Source: an uncultured Erysipelotrichaceae bacterium
GTDB lineage: Bacteria > Bacillota_I > Bacilli_A > Erysipelotrichales > Erysipelotrichaceae
NCBI GenBank assembly: GCA_947649125.1
Contig: CANSQL010000005.1
Span: forward strand, 8,401-72,400
Reading direction: 5' to 3'
DNA length: 64,000 bases
Below, in pieces: positions 61,892-64,000 of this stretch (its first letter is position 1; each line of letters starts with the position of its first letter). The notes beneath the pieces are model-generated. The model saw nothing but the letters and a program-made list of their open reading frames with translations. It did no database searches and was not told the DNA's origin. A program made the position numbers and the translations under genes.

Positions 61892-62648
61892 TGGATGAGT
61901 CGCCTCCTAACAGTGTTTCAACCTCAATGATGCGATTGAAAAAGGCTTTTCTGGAATCATTGCCGCGAATTAATTCATTGAAGATCCGACCGTCCTTGAT
62001 AAACAGAATACGCTTTGCATAAGAGGCGGTGAAGGCATCGTGTGTTACCATCAATATCGTTGCTTCATATTCTGCGTTTAAGCGCTCAAAGCTGTCAAGC
62101 AAAGCACGGCTTGATTTTGAGTCCAAGGCTCCGGTCGGTTCATCGGCCAGTATCAAGGATGGCTCACTTACCAATGCGCGGGCACTCGCAACTCTTTGTT
62201 TTTGTCCGCCTGACATCTGATAAGGATACTTTTGCAGGACATCAACGATATCAAGCTTTTGTGCAACGCTCATGACTTGTTTTTTTATTTCACTCGGCTT
62301 TCTTTTTTGAATCGTTAATGCCAAGGCAATATTTTCATAAGCAGTCAGTGTATCTAACAGATTGAAGTCTTGAAAGATAAAGCCCAGCTCCTCGCGACGA
62401 AATTTGCTTAAGGCGTTTTTTCTTAAAGCGGTGATGTCCTTATTGTTAATTGAGATATGGCCGCTTGTAACGCTGTCGATTGTGGAAATGCAGTTCAACA
62501 GGGTCGTTTTGCCGGAACCGCTCGGTCCCATAATGCCGATGAATTCTCCTTTTTCTACTTGAAAGGATACGTGATTGACGGCTTTTGTGAGATTTCCCTT
62601 GTTGCCGTAATATTTTTCTATATCCACTACGTCTAAAATCGGTGTCAT
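61881..62648 (-). CDS. BceA-type ABC transporter ATP-binding protein
   Basis: Walker A GPSGSGKTT, signature MSGGQKQR and Walker B LILADEPT. Confidence 0.9.
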   Translation of the reverse strand: MTPILDVVDIEKYYGNKGNLTKAVNHVSFQVEKGEFIGIMGPSGSGKTTLLNCISTIDSVTSGHISINNKDITALRKNALSKFRREELGFIFQDFNLLDTLTAYENIALALTIQKRKPSEIKKQVMSVAQKLDIVDVLQKYPYQMSGGQKQRVASARALVSEPSLILADEPTGALDSKSSRALLDSFERLNAEYEATILMVTHDAFTASYAKRILFIKDGRIFNELIRGNDSRKAFFNRIIEVETLLGGDSSNVL

Positions 62649-62692
62649 TGTTTTTTCCTCCTTGTCTGATTTAGTTGATTGGGTTTCGGTTT

Positions 62693-62772
62693 GTCACTGA
62701 GGAGTGCTCTTGCCTGTATTTATGTGTAGGTGCATATGTGTTGATATGCAGGCAGTGCGCTGTCTCAGTGAC
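62693..62772 (-). other. Long imperfect hairpin in the predicted 5' leader of the ABC operon
   Basis: GTCACTGAG (62693-62701) pairs with CTCAGTGAC (62764-62772), and TGCCTG pairs with CAGGCA further in. Confidence 0.5.
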
Positions 62773-62872
62773 GGCTTAGAATGCGTTGTCATTTTTTGTG
62801 CACTGTTTCTGATGACAATGATATTATAACCAAAAGGTCGATTGTTTTACCATATCCTTTCGTAACAAATTG

Positions 62873-62888
62873 CTTACAAAGTTGTAAG
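62873..62888. promoter_or_regulatory. Palindrome CTTACAA-ag-TTGTAAG upstream of a weak-35 promoter (candidate BceR-type response-regulator box)
   Basis: A perfect 7-bp inverted repeat. A TATAAT on the minus strand at 62823-62828 has a poor -35, as expected for activator-dependent promoters. Confidence 0.35.
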
Positions 62889-63120
62889 AAAGTATGGCGG
62901 GAAAGGAATGTAGGAATCATTTAGGAGCTGATCGGAGGAAGGGGCTGTGACAGTGTAGGGGGAGTCAAGTGATGACAAAGGGATAAACGAGGGCGAGGAT
63001 ACAGGTGATGAATCACGAAGTGTCAGCATTAGCTGAGCGGATGATTTATTTCTATGTTATAATTAAAAAAATCAATGGTAAGCGATGCGATGTACGTAAA
63101 GCATCAAGAGGTGAGCTGCG

Positions 63121-63771
63121 ATGAAATATTTAGACTTGACTCAATATACATATACAGAGGAAAACTTAACGGCGTACGGCTTTCAAAAACAGTCCCTTGG
63201 ATATTCGTGTCAATACTCGCTGCATCAGGGAGAATATCTTTGTGAAATTCAAGTCGTTAATGACGAACTGTCGGTCTTTGTTTATGAGACGGCGGAACAT
63301 GAGGAATTCCTGCCGTTTTATATTAAGCAGAATCAAGGGGCATTCGTTTCCGAGATAAGAGCGGAAGTCGATGAGCTTATTGCCCGACTGTTAAAGCAAT
63401 GCTTTACGGAAAGCGAAGTTAAACAGGAATTATTATCCTATGCCAAAGAATACTTTCAAACGATGCCGGAGTATCCTTGGGAAGGGATCTCTCATTGTGT
63501 CTTAAAAAGTGCCGTGAAAAAGAAGTGGTATGCCATTTTTATGCGTATTCCTTATCAAACCCTGGGAATAGAGCGCAAGGGCAGTATTGATATCGTTAAT
63601 GTCAAGGCAGATCCATCGCTGATTACACAGTTGATTGATAAACAACGATATTTTCCGGCTTATCATATGAACAAAAAATATTGGGTTTCGATTCTGTTGG
63701 ATCGCAATACGGATATTGAAAAAGCGAAGGAGCTGCTTCGAGGCAGCTACTCATTGGTTGAGGGGAAGTAA
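63121..63771 (+). CDS. MmcQ/YjbR-family protein with an extra ~100-aa N-terminal domain
   Basis: The C-terminal segment MPEYPWEG...WYAIFMRIP...VNVKADP...FPAYHMNKKYWVSILLD fits the YjbR pattern. Confidence 0.75.
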   Translation: MKYLDLTQYTYTEENLTAYGFQKQSLGYSCQYSLHQGEYLCEIQVVNDELSVFVYETAEHEEFLPFYIKQNQGAFVSEIRAEVDELIARLLKQCFTESEVKQELLSYAKEYFQTMPEYPWEGISHCVLKSAVKKKWYAIFMRIPYQTLGIERKGSIDIVNVKADPSLITQLIDKQRYFPAYHMNKKYWVSILLDRNTDIEKAKELLRGSYSLVEGK

Positions 63772-64000
63772 ACAAGGAGTTGTTTGCGTATGCTTGGGAC
63801 AGTTGATATGAGGCTATGGTGTTTAAGCGCGGTGCGTTTGAAAAAGGCTTAAGTATATCGTTGATATTTGTACATCGGTATGAATTAATATTTGTATGAA
63901 GTAGCTATTTTAGGCTTCCTCATGTATAATGTTGGTAAGAAACAGGAATGAAAAAGCATTACTGCTTTTCGCTCAGATCAAGGAGGGCGTAGGATGATAA

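Overview
This is a 64-kb chromosomal window from a low-GC Gram-positive bacterium (Bacillota). The gene orders camS-gatCAB and uvrA-hprK-lgt-trxB, the strong GGAGG ribosome-binding sites and the many stem-loop plus T-run terminators all fit that placement; a finer taxon cannot be assigned from sequence alone. All family calls below come from motifs read by eye, with no HMM or BLAST run.

Housekeeping genes: gatCAB, uvrA, hprK, an lgt-HAD fusion, trxB, ogt, an M24 aminopeptidase, htpG, a DbpA-like helicase, two degV paralogs, a pfkB-family kinase and four tRNAs.

Accessory content:
- a small island with an HNH_2-type nuclease and a divergent AT-hook protein (4.0-5.9 kb);
- a sigma-70/ECF-type sigma factor carrying a C-terminal transmembrane extension, followed by two tandem surface-protein genes of about 5.4 kb each (7.8-18.8 kb). 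Their 3' halves are nearly identical and they end in aspartate-rich calcium-binding-type repeats and a non-canonical sorting-signal-like tail;
- a degraded KilA-N remnant, two XRE regulators and a Cys-rich collagen-like (BclA-like) protein;
- a 2222-aa GH31 multidomain surface glycosidase with a textbook cre site;
- an LRR protein, an HD protein and a DUF2207 protein;
- two COG1373/DUF4143 AAA ATPases bracketing pepP-hicAB-htpG, one preceded by four direct repeats at an exact 23-bp period;
- a BceAB-type ABC transporter with no adjacent two-component system.

The best candidate for something new is the membrane-tethered sigma factor, an ECF-like promoter and the tandem giant adhesin locus, together with the shared GA(M/F)TGDSTN C-terminal signal. 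That signal also occurs as a free-standing 43-codon gene at 54.9 kb.
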